The translations under genes and the position numbers were made by a program. A model generated the notes under the pieces. It was not told the DNA's origin. It saw only the letters and a program-made list of their open reading frames with translations, and made no database searches. Source: Eledone cirrhosa (Eukaryota). Taken from it: a stretch of DNA of 64,000 nucleotides. The stretch covers positions 59,830,001-59,894,000 of the forward strand of contig OZ024745.1 in the NCBI GenBank assembly GCA_964016885.1, given 5' to 3'. Of the stretch, positions 52,891 through 64,000 are shown piece by piece. Within the stretch, counting starts at the first letter, position 1. Each line of letters opens with the position of its first letter.

Positions 52891-53840
52891 GACTTGGAGT
52901 GAAAACCTCGACTTGGAGTGAAAACCTCGACTTGGAGTGAGAACCTCGACTTGGAGTGAGAACCTCGACTTGGAGTGAAAACCTCGACTTGGAGTGAGAA
53001 CCTCGACTTGGATTGAAAACCTCGACTTGGAGTGAGAACCTCGACTTGGAGTGAGAACCTCGACTTGGAGTGAAAACCTCGACTTGGAGTGAGAACCTCG
53101 ACTTGGAGTGAGAACCTCGACTTGGAGTGAGAACCTCGACTTGGAGTGAAAACCTCGACTTGGAGTGAAAACCTCGACTTGGAGTGAAAACCTCGACTTG
53201 GATTGAGAACCTCGACTTGGAGTGAAAACCTCGACTTGGAGTGAGAACCTCGACTTGGAGTGAGAACCTCGACTTGGAGTGAAAACCTCGACTTGGAGTG
53301 ATAACCTCGACTTGGAGTGAGAACCTCGACTTGGAGTGAAAACCTCGACTTGGAGTGAGAACCTCGACTTGGAGTGAAAACCTCGACTCTGAGTGAAAAC
53401 CTCGACTTGGAGTGAGAACCTCGACTTGGAGTGAAAACCTCGACTTGGAGTGAAAACCTCGACTTGGAGTGAGAACCTCGACTTGGAGTGAGAACCTCGA
53501 CTTGGAGTGAGAACCTCGACTTGGAGTGAGAACCTCGACTTGGAGTGTAAACTGCGACTCTGAGTGAAAACCTCGACTTGGAGTGAGAACCTCGACTTGG
53601 AGTGAAAACCTCGACTCGGAGTGAGAACCTCGACTTGGAGTGAAAACCTCGACTTGGAGTCAGAACCTCGACTTGGAGTCAGAACCTCGACTTGGAGTCA
53701 GAACCTCGACTTGGAGTGAAAACCTCGACTTGGAGTGAAAACCTCGACTTGGAGTGAGAACCTCGACTTGGAGTGAGAACCTCGACTTGGAGTGAAAACC
53801 TCGACTTGGAGTGAGAACCTCTACTTGGAGTGAAAACCTC

Positions 53841-54258
53841 GACTTGGAGTGTAATGTACAACTTGGAGCATAATGTACAACTTGGAGCATAATGTACGAC
53901 TTGGAGCATAATGTACGACTTAGAGTGTAATGTAGGACTTAGAGTGTAATGTAGGACTTAGAGTGTAATGTAGGACTTAGAGTGTAATGTAGGACTTAGA
54001 GTGTAATGTAGGACTAGGAGCATAATGTAGGACTAGGAGCATAATGTACGACTTGGAGTGTAATGTAGGACTTGGAGTGTAATGTAGGACTTGGAGTGTA
54101 AACTGCGAGTTGGAATATAAATTGCGACTTGGATTGTAAACCTTGACTTGCAGTGTATTGAACAACTTGGGGTGTATACTGCGGCTTGGAGTGTAAACTG
54201 CGGCTCCGAATATAAACTACGACTTGCAGTGTCATATATGACTCTGAGTGAAAACCTC
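53841..54258 (+). repeat. Cassette 30 (22 monomers, haplotype IV, lacks upstream GTAAACTGC monomers)
   Basis: Core offset 72x19; an A-type monomer abuts the first cassette monomer directly. Confidence 0.95.
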
Positions 54259-57200
54259 GACTTGGAGTGAAAACCTCGACTTGGAGTGAAAACCTCGACT
54301 TGGAGTGAGAACCTCGACTTGGAGTGAGAACCTCGACTTGGAGTGAAAACCTCGACTTGGAGTGAAAACCTCGACTTGGAGTGAAAACCTCGACTTGGAG
54401 TGAGAACCTCGACTTGGAGTGAGAACCTCGACTTGGAGTGAAAACCTCGACTTGGAGTGAGAACCTCGACTTGGAGTGAGAACCTCGACTTGGAGTGAGA
54501 ACCTCGACTTTGAGTGAAAACCTCGACTTGGAGTGAGAACCTCGACTTGGAGTGAAAACCTCGACTTGGAGTGAAAACCTCGACTTGGAGTGAAAACCTC
54601 GACTTGGAGTGAGAACCTCGACTTGGAGTGAGAACCTCGACTTGGAGTGAAAACCTCGACTTGGAGTGAGAACCTCGACTTGGAGTGATAACCTCGACTT
54701 GGAGTGAGAACCTCGACTTGGGGTGAAAACCTCGACTTGGAGTGAAAACCTCGACTTGGAGTGAAAACCTCGACTTGGAGTGAAAACCTCGACTTGGAGT
54801 GAAAACCTCGACTTGGAGTGAGAACCTCGACTTGGAGTGAGAACCTCGACTTGGAGTGAAAACCTCGACTTGGAGTGAGAACCTCGACTTGAAGTGAGAA
54901 GCTCGACTTGGAGTGAAAACCTCGACTTGGAGTGAAAACTTCGACTTAGAGTGAGAACCTCGACTTGGAGTGAGAACCTCGAGTTGGAGTGAGAACCTCG
55001 ACTTGGAGTGAGAACCTCGACTTGGAGTGAGAACCTCGACTTGGAGTGAGAACCTCGACTTGGAGTGAGAACCTCGACTTGGAGTGAAAACCTCGACTTG
55101 GAGTGAGAACCTCGACTTGGAGCGAAAACCTCGACTTGGAGTGAGAACCTCGACTTGGAGTGAAAACCTCGACTTGGAGTGAGAACCTCGACTTGGAGTG
55201 AAAACCTCGACTTGGAGTGAAAACCTCGACTTGGAGTGAAAACCTCGACTTGGAGTGAAAACCTCGACTTGGAGTGAAAACCTCGACTTGGAGTGAAAAC
55301 CTCGACTTGGAGTGAAAACCTCGACTTGGAGTGAAAACCTCGACTTGGAGTGAGAACCTCGACTTGGAGTGAGAACCTCGACTTGGAGTGAAAACCTCGA
55401 CTTGGAGTGAGAACCTCGACTTGGAGTGAGAACCTCGACTTGGAGTGAGAACCTCGACTTGGAGTGAAAACCTCGACTTGGAGTGAAAACCTCGACTTGG
55501 AGTGAAAACCTCGACTTGGATTGAGAACCTCGACTTGGAGTGAAAACCTCGACTTGGAGTGAGAACCTCGACTTGGAGTGAGAACCTCGACTTGGAGTGA
55601 AAACCTCGACTTGGAGTGAGAACCTCGACTTGGAGTGAGAACCTCGACTTGGAGTGAGAACCTCGACTTGGAGTGAAAACTTCGACTTGGAGTGAGAACC
55701 TCGACTTGGAGTGAGAACCTCGACTTGGAGTGAGAACCTCGACTTGGAGTGGAAACCTCGACTTGGAGTGAGAACCTCGACTTGGAGTGAGAACCTCGAC
55801 TTGGAGTGAGAACCTCGACTTGGAGTGAGAACCTCGACTTGGAGTGAAAACCTCGACTTGGAGTGAGAACCTCGACTTGGAGTGAAAACCTCGACTTGGA
55901 GTGAGAACCTCGACTTGGAGTGAAAACCTCGACTTGGAGTGAGAACCTCGACTTGGAGTGAGAACCTCGACTTGGAGTGAGAACCTCGACTTGGAGTGAG
56001 AACCTCGACTTGGAGTGAAAACCTCGACTTGGAGAGAGAACCTCCACTTGGAGTGAGAACCTCGACTTTGAGTGAAAACCTCGACTTGGAGTGAGAACCT
56101 CGACTTTGAGTGAAAACCTCGACTTGGAGTGAGAACCTCGACTTGGAGTGAGAACCTCGACTTGGAGTGAGAACGTCGACTTGGAGTGGAAACCTCGACT
56201 TGGAGTGAGAACCTCGACTTGGAGTGAAAACCTCGACTTGGAGTGAGAACCTCGACTTGGAGTGAGAACCTCGACTTGGAGTGAGAACCTCGACTTTGAG
56301 TGAAAACCTCGACTTGGAGTGAGAACCTCGACTTGGAGTGAGAACCTCGACTTTGAGTGAAAACCTCGACTTGGAGTGAGAACCTCGACTTGGAGTGAGA
56401 ACCTCGACGTGGAGTGAGAACCTCGACTTGGAGTGAGAACCTCGACTTGGAGTGAAAACCTCGACTTGGAGTGAGAACCTCGACTTGGAGTGAAAACCTC
56501 GACTTGGAGTGAGAACCTCGACTTGGAGTGAGAACCTCGACTTGGAGTGAAAACCTCGACTTGGAGTGAAAACCTCGACTTGGAGTGAAAACCTCGACTT
56601 GGAGTGAAAACCTGGACTAGGAGTGAGAACCTCGACTTGGAGTGAGAACCTCGACTTGGAGTGAGAACCTCGACTTGGAGTGGGAACCTCGACTTGGAGT
56701 GAGAACCTCGACTTGGAGTGAGAACCTCGACTTGCAGTGAAAACCTCGACTTGGAGTGAGAACCTCGACTTGCAGTGAAAACCTCGACTTGGAGTGAGAA
56801 CCTCGACTTGCAGTGAAAACCTCGACTTGGAGTGAGAACCTCGACTTGGAGTGAAAACCTCGACTTGGAGTGAGAACCTCGACTTGGAGTGAAAACCTCG
56901 ACTTGGAGTGAAAACCTCGACTTGGAATGAAGACCTCGACTTGGAATGAAGACCTCGACTTGGAGTGAGAACCTCGACTTGGAGTGAGAACCTCGACTTG
57001 GAGTGAGAACCTCGACTTGGAGTGAGAACCTCGACTTGGAGTGAGAACCTCGACTTGGAGTGTAAACTGCGACTCTGAGTGAGAACCTCGACTTGGAGTG
57101 AGAACCTCGACTTGGAGTGAAAACCTCGACTTGGAGTGAGAACCTCGACTTGGAGTGAAAACCTCGACTTGGAGTGAAAACCTCGACTTGGAGTGAAAAC

Positions 57201-57716
57201 CTCGACTTGGAGTGAAAACCTCGACTTGGAGTGAGAACCTCGACTTGGAGTGAGAACCTCGTCTTGGAGTGAGAACCTCGACTTGGAGTGTAAACTGCGA
57301 CTCTGAGTGAAAACCTCGACTTGGAGTGAGAACCTCGACTTGGAGTGAAAACCTCGACTTGGAGTGAGAACCTCGACTTGGAGTCAGAACCTCGACTTGG
57401 AGTCAGAACCTCAACTTGGAGTCAGAACCTCGACTTGGAGTCAGAACCTCGACTTGGAGTCAGAACCTCGACTTGGAGTGAAAACCTCGACTTGGAGTGA
57501 AAACCTCGACTTGGAGTGAGAACCTCGACTTGGAGTGAGAACCTCGACTTGGAGTGAAAACCTCGACTTGGAGTGAGAACCTCGACTTGGAGTGAGAACC
57601 TCTACTTGGAGTGAAAACCTCGACTTGGAGTGTAAACTGCGACTTGGAGTGAGAACCTCGACTTGGAGTGAAAACCTCGACTTGGAGTGTAAACTGCGAC
57701 TTGGAGTGTAAACTGC

Positions 57717-58134
57717 GACTTGGAGTGTAATGTACAACTTGGAGCATAATGTACAACTTGGAGCATAATGTACGACTTGGAGCATAATGTACGACTTAGA
57801 GTGTAATGTAGGACTTAGAGTGTAATGTAGGACTTAGAGTGTAATGTAGGACTTAGAGTGTAATGTAGGACTTAGAGTGTAATGTAGGACTAGGAGCATA
57901 ATGTAGGACTAGGAGCATAATGTACGACTTGGAGTGTAATGTAGGACTTGGAGTGTAATGTAGGACTTGGAGTGTAAACTGCGAGTTGAAATATAAATTG
58001 CGACTTGGATTGTAAACCTTGACTTGCAGTGTATTGAACAACTTGGGGTGTATACTGCGGCTTGGAGTGTAAACTGCGGCTCCGAATATAAACTACGACT
58101 TGCAGTGTCATATATGACTCTGAGTGAAAACCTC
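57717..58134 (+). repeat. Cassette 31 (22 monomers, haplotype I)
   Basis: Core offset 204x19. Confidence 0.95.
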
Positions 58135-61100
58135 GACTTGGAGTGAAAACCTCGACTTGGAGTGAGAACCTCGACTTGGAGTGAGAACCTCGACTTGGAG
58201 TGAAAACCTCGACTTGGAGTGAAAACCTCGACTTGGAGTGAGAACCTCGACTTGGAGTGAAAACCTCGACTTGGAGTGAGAACCTCGACTTGGAGTGAGA
58301 ACCTCGACTTGGAGTGAAAACCTCGACTTGGAGTGAAAACCTCGACTTGGAGTGAGAACCTCGACTTGGAGTGAGAACCTCGATTTGGAGTGAAAACCTC
58401 GACTTGGAGTGAGAACCTCGACTTGGAGTGAGAACCTCGACTTGGAGTGAGAACCTCGACTTGGAGTGAGAACCTCGACTTGGAGTGAGAACCTCGACTT
58501 GGAGTGAGAACCTCGACTTGGAGTGAGAACCTCGACTTGGAGTGAGAACCTCGACTTGGAGTGAGAACCTCGACTTGGAGTGAGAACCTCGACTTGGAGT
58601 GAAAACCTCGACTTGGAGTGAGAACCTCGACTTGGAGTGAGAACCTCGACTTGGAGTGAGAACCTCGACTTGGAGTGAAAACTTCGACTTGGAGTGAGAA
58701 CCTCGACTTGGAGTGAGAACCTCGACTTGGAGTGAGAACCTCGACTTGGAGTGGAAACCTCGACTTGGAGTGAGAACCTCGACTTGGAGTGAGAACCTCG
58801 ACTTGGAGTGAGAACCTCGACTTGGAGTGAGAACCTCGACTTGGAGTGAAAACCTCGACTTGGAGTGAGAACCTCGACTTGGAGTGAAAACCTCGACTTG
58901 GAGTGAGAACCTCGACTTGGAGTGAAAACCTCGACTTGGAGTGAGAACCTCGACTTGGAGTGAGAACCTCGACTTGGAGTGAGAACCTCGACTTGGAGTG
59001 AGAACCTCGACTTTGAGTGAAAACCTCGACTTGGAGAGAGAACCTCCACTTGGAGTGAGAACCTCGACTTTGAGTGAAAACCTCGACTTGGAGTGAGAAC
59101 CTCGACTTTGAGTGAAAACCTCGACTTGGAGTGAGAACCTCGACTTGGAGTGAGAACCTCGACTTGGAGTGAGAACCTCGACTTGGAGTGGAAACCTCGA
59201 CTTGGAGTGAGAACCTCGACTTGGAGTGAAAACCTCGACTTGGAGTGAGAACCTCGACTTGGAGTGAAAACCTCGACTTGGAGTGAAAACCTCGACTTGG
59301 AGTGAAAACCTCGACTTGGAGTGAGAACCTCGACTTGGAGTGAAAACCTCGACTTGGAGTGAGAACCTCGACTTGGAGTGAAAACCTCGACTTGGAGTGA
59401 GAACCTCGACTTGGAGTGAAAACCTCGACTTGGAGTGAGAACCTCGACTTGGAGTGAGAACCTCGACTTTGAGTGAAAACCTCGACTTGGAGAGAGAACC
59501 TCGACTTGGAGTGAGAACCTCGACTTTGAGTGAAAACCTCGACTTGGAGTGAGAACCTCGACTTTGAGTGAAAACCTCGACTTGGAGTGAGAACCTCGAC
59601 TTGGAGTGAAAACCTCGACTTGGAGTGAAAACCTCGACTTGGAGTGAGAACCTCGACTTGGAGTGGAAACCTCGACTTGGAGTGAGAACCTCGACTTGGA
59701 GTGAGAACCTCGACTTGGAGTGAAAACCTCGACTTGGAGTGAGAACCTCGACTTGGAGTGAGAACCTCGACTTGGAGTGAGAACCTCGACTTGGAGTGAG
59801 AACCTCGACTTGGAGTGAAAACCTCGACTTGGAGTGAAAACCTCGACTTGGAGTGAAAACCTCGACTTGGAGTGAAAACCTCGACTTGGAGTGAGAACCT
59901 CGACTTGGAGTGAGAACCTCGACTTGGAGTGAAAACCTCGACTTGGAGTGAGAACCTCGACTTGAAGTGAGAAGCTCGACTTGGAGTGAAAACCTCGACT
60001 TGGAGTGAAAACTTCGACTTAGAGTGAGAACCTCGACTTGGAGTGAGAACCTCGAGTTGGAGTGAGAACCTCGACTTGGAGTGAGAACCTCGACTTGGAG
60101 TGAGAACCTCGACTTGGAGTGAGAACCTCGACTTGGAGTGAGAACCTCGACTTGGAGTGAAAACCTCGACTTGGAGTGAGAACCTCGACTTGGAGCGAAA
60201 ACCTCGACTTGGAGTGAGAACCTCGACTTGGAGTGAAAACCTCGACTTGGAGTGAGAACCTCGACTTGGAGTGAAAACCTCGACTTGGAGTGAAAACCTC
60301 GACTTGGAGTGAAAACCTCGACTTGGAGTGAAAACCTCGACTTGGAGTGACAACCTCGACTTGGAGTGAAAACCTCGACTTGGAGTGAAAACCTCGACTT
60401 GGAGTGAAAACCTCGACTTGGAGTGAGAACCTCGACTTGGAGTGAGAACCTCGACTTGGAGTGAAAACCTCGACTTGGAGTGAGAACCTCGACTTGGAGT
60501 GAGAACCTCGACTTGGAGTGAGAACCTCGACTTGGAGTGAAAACCTCGACTTGGAGTGAAAACCTCGACTTGGAGTGAAAACCTCGACTTGGATTGAGAA
60601 CCTCGACTTGGAGTGAAAACCTCGACTTGGAGTGAGAACCTCGACTTGGAGTGAGAACCTCGACTTGGAGTGAAAACCTCGACTTGGAGTGAGAACCTCG
60701 ACTTGGAGTGAGAACCTCGACTTGGAGTGAGAACCTCGACTTGGAGTGAAAACTTCGACTTGGAGTGGAACCTCGACTTGGAGTGAGAACCTCGACTTGG
60801 AGTGAGAACCTCGACTTGGAGTGGAAACCTCGACTTGGAGTGAGAACCTCGACTTGGAGTGAGAACCTCGACTTGGAGTGAGAACCTCGACTTGGAGTGA
60901 GAACCTCGACTTGGAGTGAAAACCTCGACTTGGAGTGAGAACCTCGACTTGGAGTGAAAACCTCGACTTGGAGTGAGAACCTCGACTTGGAGTGAAAACC
61001 TCGACTTGGAGTGAGAACCTCGACTTGGAGTGAGAACCTCGACTTGGAGTGAGAACCTCGACTTGGAGTGAGAACCTCGACTTGGAGTGAAAACCTCGAC

Positions 61101-62826
61101 TTGGAGAGAGAACCTCCACTTGGAGTGAGAACCTCGACTTTGAGTGAAAACCTCGACTTGGAGTGAGAACCTCGACTTGGAGTGAGAACCTCGACTTGGA
61201 GTGAGAACCTCGACTTGGAGTGGAAACCTCGACTTGGAGTGAGAACCTCGACTTGGAGTGAAAACCTCGACTTGGAGTGAGAACCTCGACTTGGAGTGAA
61301 AACCTCGACTTGGAGTGAAAACCTCGACTTGGAGTGAAAACCTCGACTTGGAGTGAGAACCTCGACTTGGAGTGAAAACCTCGACTTGGAGTGAGAACCT
61401 CGACTTGGAGTGAAAACCTCGACTTGGAGTGAGAACCTCGACTTGGAGTGAAAACCTCGACTTGGAGTGAGAACCTCGACTTGGAGTGAGAACCTCGACT
61501 TTGAGTGAAAACCTCGACTTGGAGTGAGAACCTCGACTTGGAGTGAGAACCTCGACGTGGAGTGAGAACCTCGACTTGGAGTGAGAACCTCGACTTGGAG
61601 TGAAAACCTCGACTTGGAGTGAGAACCTCGACTTGGAGTGAAAACCTCGACTTGGAGTGAGAACCTCGACTTGGAGTGAGAACCTCGACCTGGAGTGAAA
61701 ACCTCGACTTGGAGTGAAAACCTCGACTTGGAGTGAAAACCTCGACTTGGAGTGAAAACCTGGACTAGGAGTGAGAACCTCGACTTGGAGTGAGAACCTC
61801 GACTTGGAGTGAGAACCTCGACTTGGAGTGGGAACCTCGACTTGGAGTGAGAACCTCGACTTGGAGTGAGAACCTCGACTTGCAGTGAAAACCTCGACTT
61901 GGAGTGAGAACCTCGACTTGCAGTGAAAACCTCGACTTGGAGTGAGAACCTCGACTTGCAGTGAAAACCTCGACTTGGAGTGAGAACCTCGACTTGGAGT
62001 GAAAACCTCGACTTGGAGTGAGAACCTCGACTTGGAGTGAAAACCTCGACTTGGAGTGAAAACCTCGACTTGGAATGAAGACCTCGACTTGGAGTGAGAA
62101 CCTCGACTTGGAGTGAGAACCTCGACTTGGAGTGAGAACCTCGACTTGGAGTGAGAACCTCGACTTGGAGTGAGAACCTCGACTTGGAGTGTAAACTGCG
62201 ACTCTGAGTGAGAACCTCGACTTGGAGTGAGAACCTCGACTTGGAGTGAAAACCTCGACTTGGAGTGAGAACCTCGACTTGGAGTGAAAACCTCGACTTG
62301 GAGTGAAAACCTCGACTTGGAGTGAAAACCTCGACTTGGAGTGAAAACCTCGACTTGGAGTGAGAACCTCGACTTGGAGTGAGAACCTCGACTTGGAGTG
62401 TAAACTGCGACTCTGAGTGAAAACCTCGACTTGGAGTGAGAACCTCGACTTGGAGTGAAAACCTCGACTTGGAGTGAGAACCTCGACTTGGAGTCAGAAC
62501 CTCGACTTGGAGTCAGAACCTCAACTTGGAGTCAGAACCTCGACTTGGAGTCAGAACCTCGACTTGGAGTCAGAACCTCGACTTGGAGTGAAAACCTCGA
62601 CTTGGAGTGAAAACCTCGACTTGGAGTGAGAACCTCGACTTGGAGTGAGAACCTCGACTTGGAGTGAAAACCTCGACTTGGAGTGAGAACCTCGACTTGG
62701 AGTGAGAACCTCTACTTGGAGTGAAAACCTCGACTTGGAGTGTAAACTGCGACTTGGAGTGAGAACCTCGACTTGGAGTGAAAACCTCGACTTGGAGTGT
62801 AAACTGCGACTTGGAGTGTAAACTGC

Positions 62827-63244
62827 GACTTGGAGTGTAATGTACAACTTGGAGCATAATGTACAACTTGGAGCATAATGTACGACTTGGAGCATAATGT
62901 ACGACTTAGAGTGTAATGTAGGACTTAGAGTGTAATGTAGGACTTAGAGTGTAATGTAGGACTTAGAGTGTAATGTAGGACTTAGAGTGTAATGTAGGAC
63001 TAGGAGCATAATGTAGGACTAGGAGCATAATGTACGACTTGGAGTGTAATGTAGGACTTGGAGTGTAATGTAGGACTTGGAGTGTAAACTGCGAGTTGAA
63101 ATATAAATTGCGACTTGGATTGTAAACCTTGACTTGCAGTGTATTGAACAACTTGGGGTGTATACTGCGGCTTGGAGTGTAAACTGCGGCTCCGAATATA
63201 AACTACGACTTGCAGTGTCATATATGACTCTGAGTGAAAACCTC
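62827..63244 (+). repeat. Cassette 32 (22 monomers, haplotype I)
   Basis: Core offset 5110 = 269x19 - 1. Confidence 0.95.
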
Positions 63245-64000
63245 GACTTGGAGTGAAAACCTCGACTTGGAGTGAGAACCTCGACTTGGAGTGAGAACCT
63301 CGACTTGGAGTGAAAACCTCGACTTGGAGTGAGAACCTCGACTTGGAGTGAAAACCTCGACTTGGAGTGAAAACCTCGACTTGGAGTGAGAACCTCGACT
63401 TGGAGTGAGAACCTCGACTTGGAGTGAAAACCTCGACTTGGAGTGAGAACCTCGACTTGGAGTGAGAACCTCGATTTGGAGTGAAAACCTCGACTTGGAG
63501 TGAGAACCTCGACTTGGAGTGAGAACCTCGACTTGGAGTGAGAACCTCGACTTGGAGTGAGAACCTCGACTTGGAGTGAGAACCTCGACTTGGAGTGAGA
63601 ACCTCGACTTGGAGTGAGAACCTCGACTTGGAGTGAGAACCTCGACTTGGAGTGAAAACCTCGACTTGGAGTGAGAACCTCGACTTGGAGTGAGAACCTC
63701 GACTTGGAGTGAAAACTTCGACTTGGAGTGAGAACCTCGACTTGGAGTGAGAACCTCGACTTGGAGTGAGAACCTCGACTTGGAGTGGAAACCTCGACTT
63801 GGAGTGAGAACCTCGACTTGGAGTGAGAACCTCGACTTGGAGTGAGAACCTCGACTTGGAGTGAGAACCTCGACTTGGAGTGAAAACCTCGACTTGGAGT
63901 GAGAACCTCGACTTGGAGTGAAAACCTCGACTTGGAGTGAGAACCTCGACTTGGAGTGAAAACCTCGACTTGGAGTGAGAACCTCGACTTGGAGTGAGAA

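Larger units (their letters stand above)
1..64000 (+). repeat. 19-bp tandem satellite array, major monomer GACTTGGAGTGA[A/G]AACCTC, about 3,370 monomers, head-to-tail, running off both window ends
   Basis: Monomer read directly throughout. Register is 18+19k up to 4597, 14+19k up to 60757, then 13+19k. No non-repeat sequence or inversion seen. Major monomer is 47-53% GC with one TCGA (CpG) per junction. Confidence 0.99.

Noticed and set aside
306-63221. All minus-strand ORFs (60-814 aa) as protein-coding genes
   Set aside because: They overlap in all three frames with the same peptide, show no recognisable domain, often use non-ATG starts, and have ends set by sporadic satellite variants. 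The 19-bp period is not codon-phased.
1-64000. CRISPR array
   Set aside because: There are no unique spacers: monomers abut directly and differ mostly at one base. No cas genes or leader are present.
1-64000. Pure sequencing or assembly artefact, or a synthetic concatemer
   Set aside because: Hierarchical, tree-consistent variants and a very low indel rate fit a real array. Exact copy numbers of near-identical blocks still need read validation.
1-64000. Assignment to a named satellite family, species or centromere
   Set aside because: I do not recognise the monomer. A Dfam, Repbase or nt search and chromatin data would be needed.

Overview
The whole 64 kb window is one uninterrupted, single-orientation tandem array of a 19-bp monomer (about 3,370 copies). 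It is most consistent with eukaryotic satellite or heterochromatic DNA; the organism cannot be identified from this window. About 80% is a very homogeneous A-type monomer, GACTTGGAGTGA[A/G]AACCTC, with a two-state A/G at position 13. It is interrupted 32 times by a stereotyped, polarised cassette of 19-23 divergent, more AT-rich monomers that stay in 19-bp register. Each cassette ends in an 8-monomer (152 bp) core carrying an imperfect 20-bp palindrome, CAG-T-GTCATATATGAC-T-CTG. Core-to-core spacings are exact multiples of 19 except for one 4-bp and one 1-bp deletion. About 40 'empty-site' junctions join a cassette-flank monomer directly to the cassette's last monomer. Nested higher-order duplications of about 1.1, 2.2, 2.4, 5.1, 7.3 and 10.8 kb can be traced with rare variants. 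All listed ORFs are artefacts of a stop-free minus strand. No gene, RNA gene, CRISPR array or transposase is supported. Counts were made by eye.
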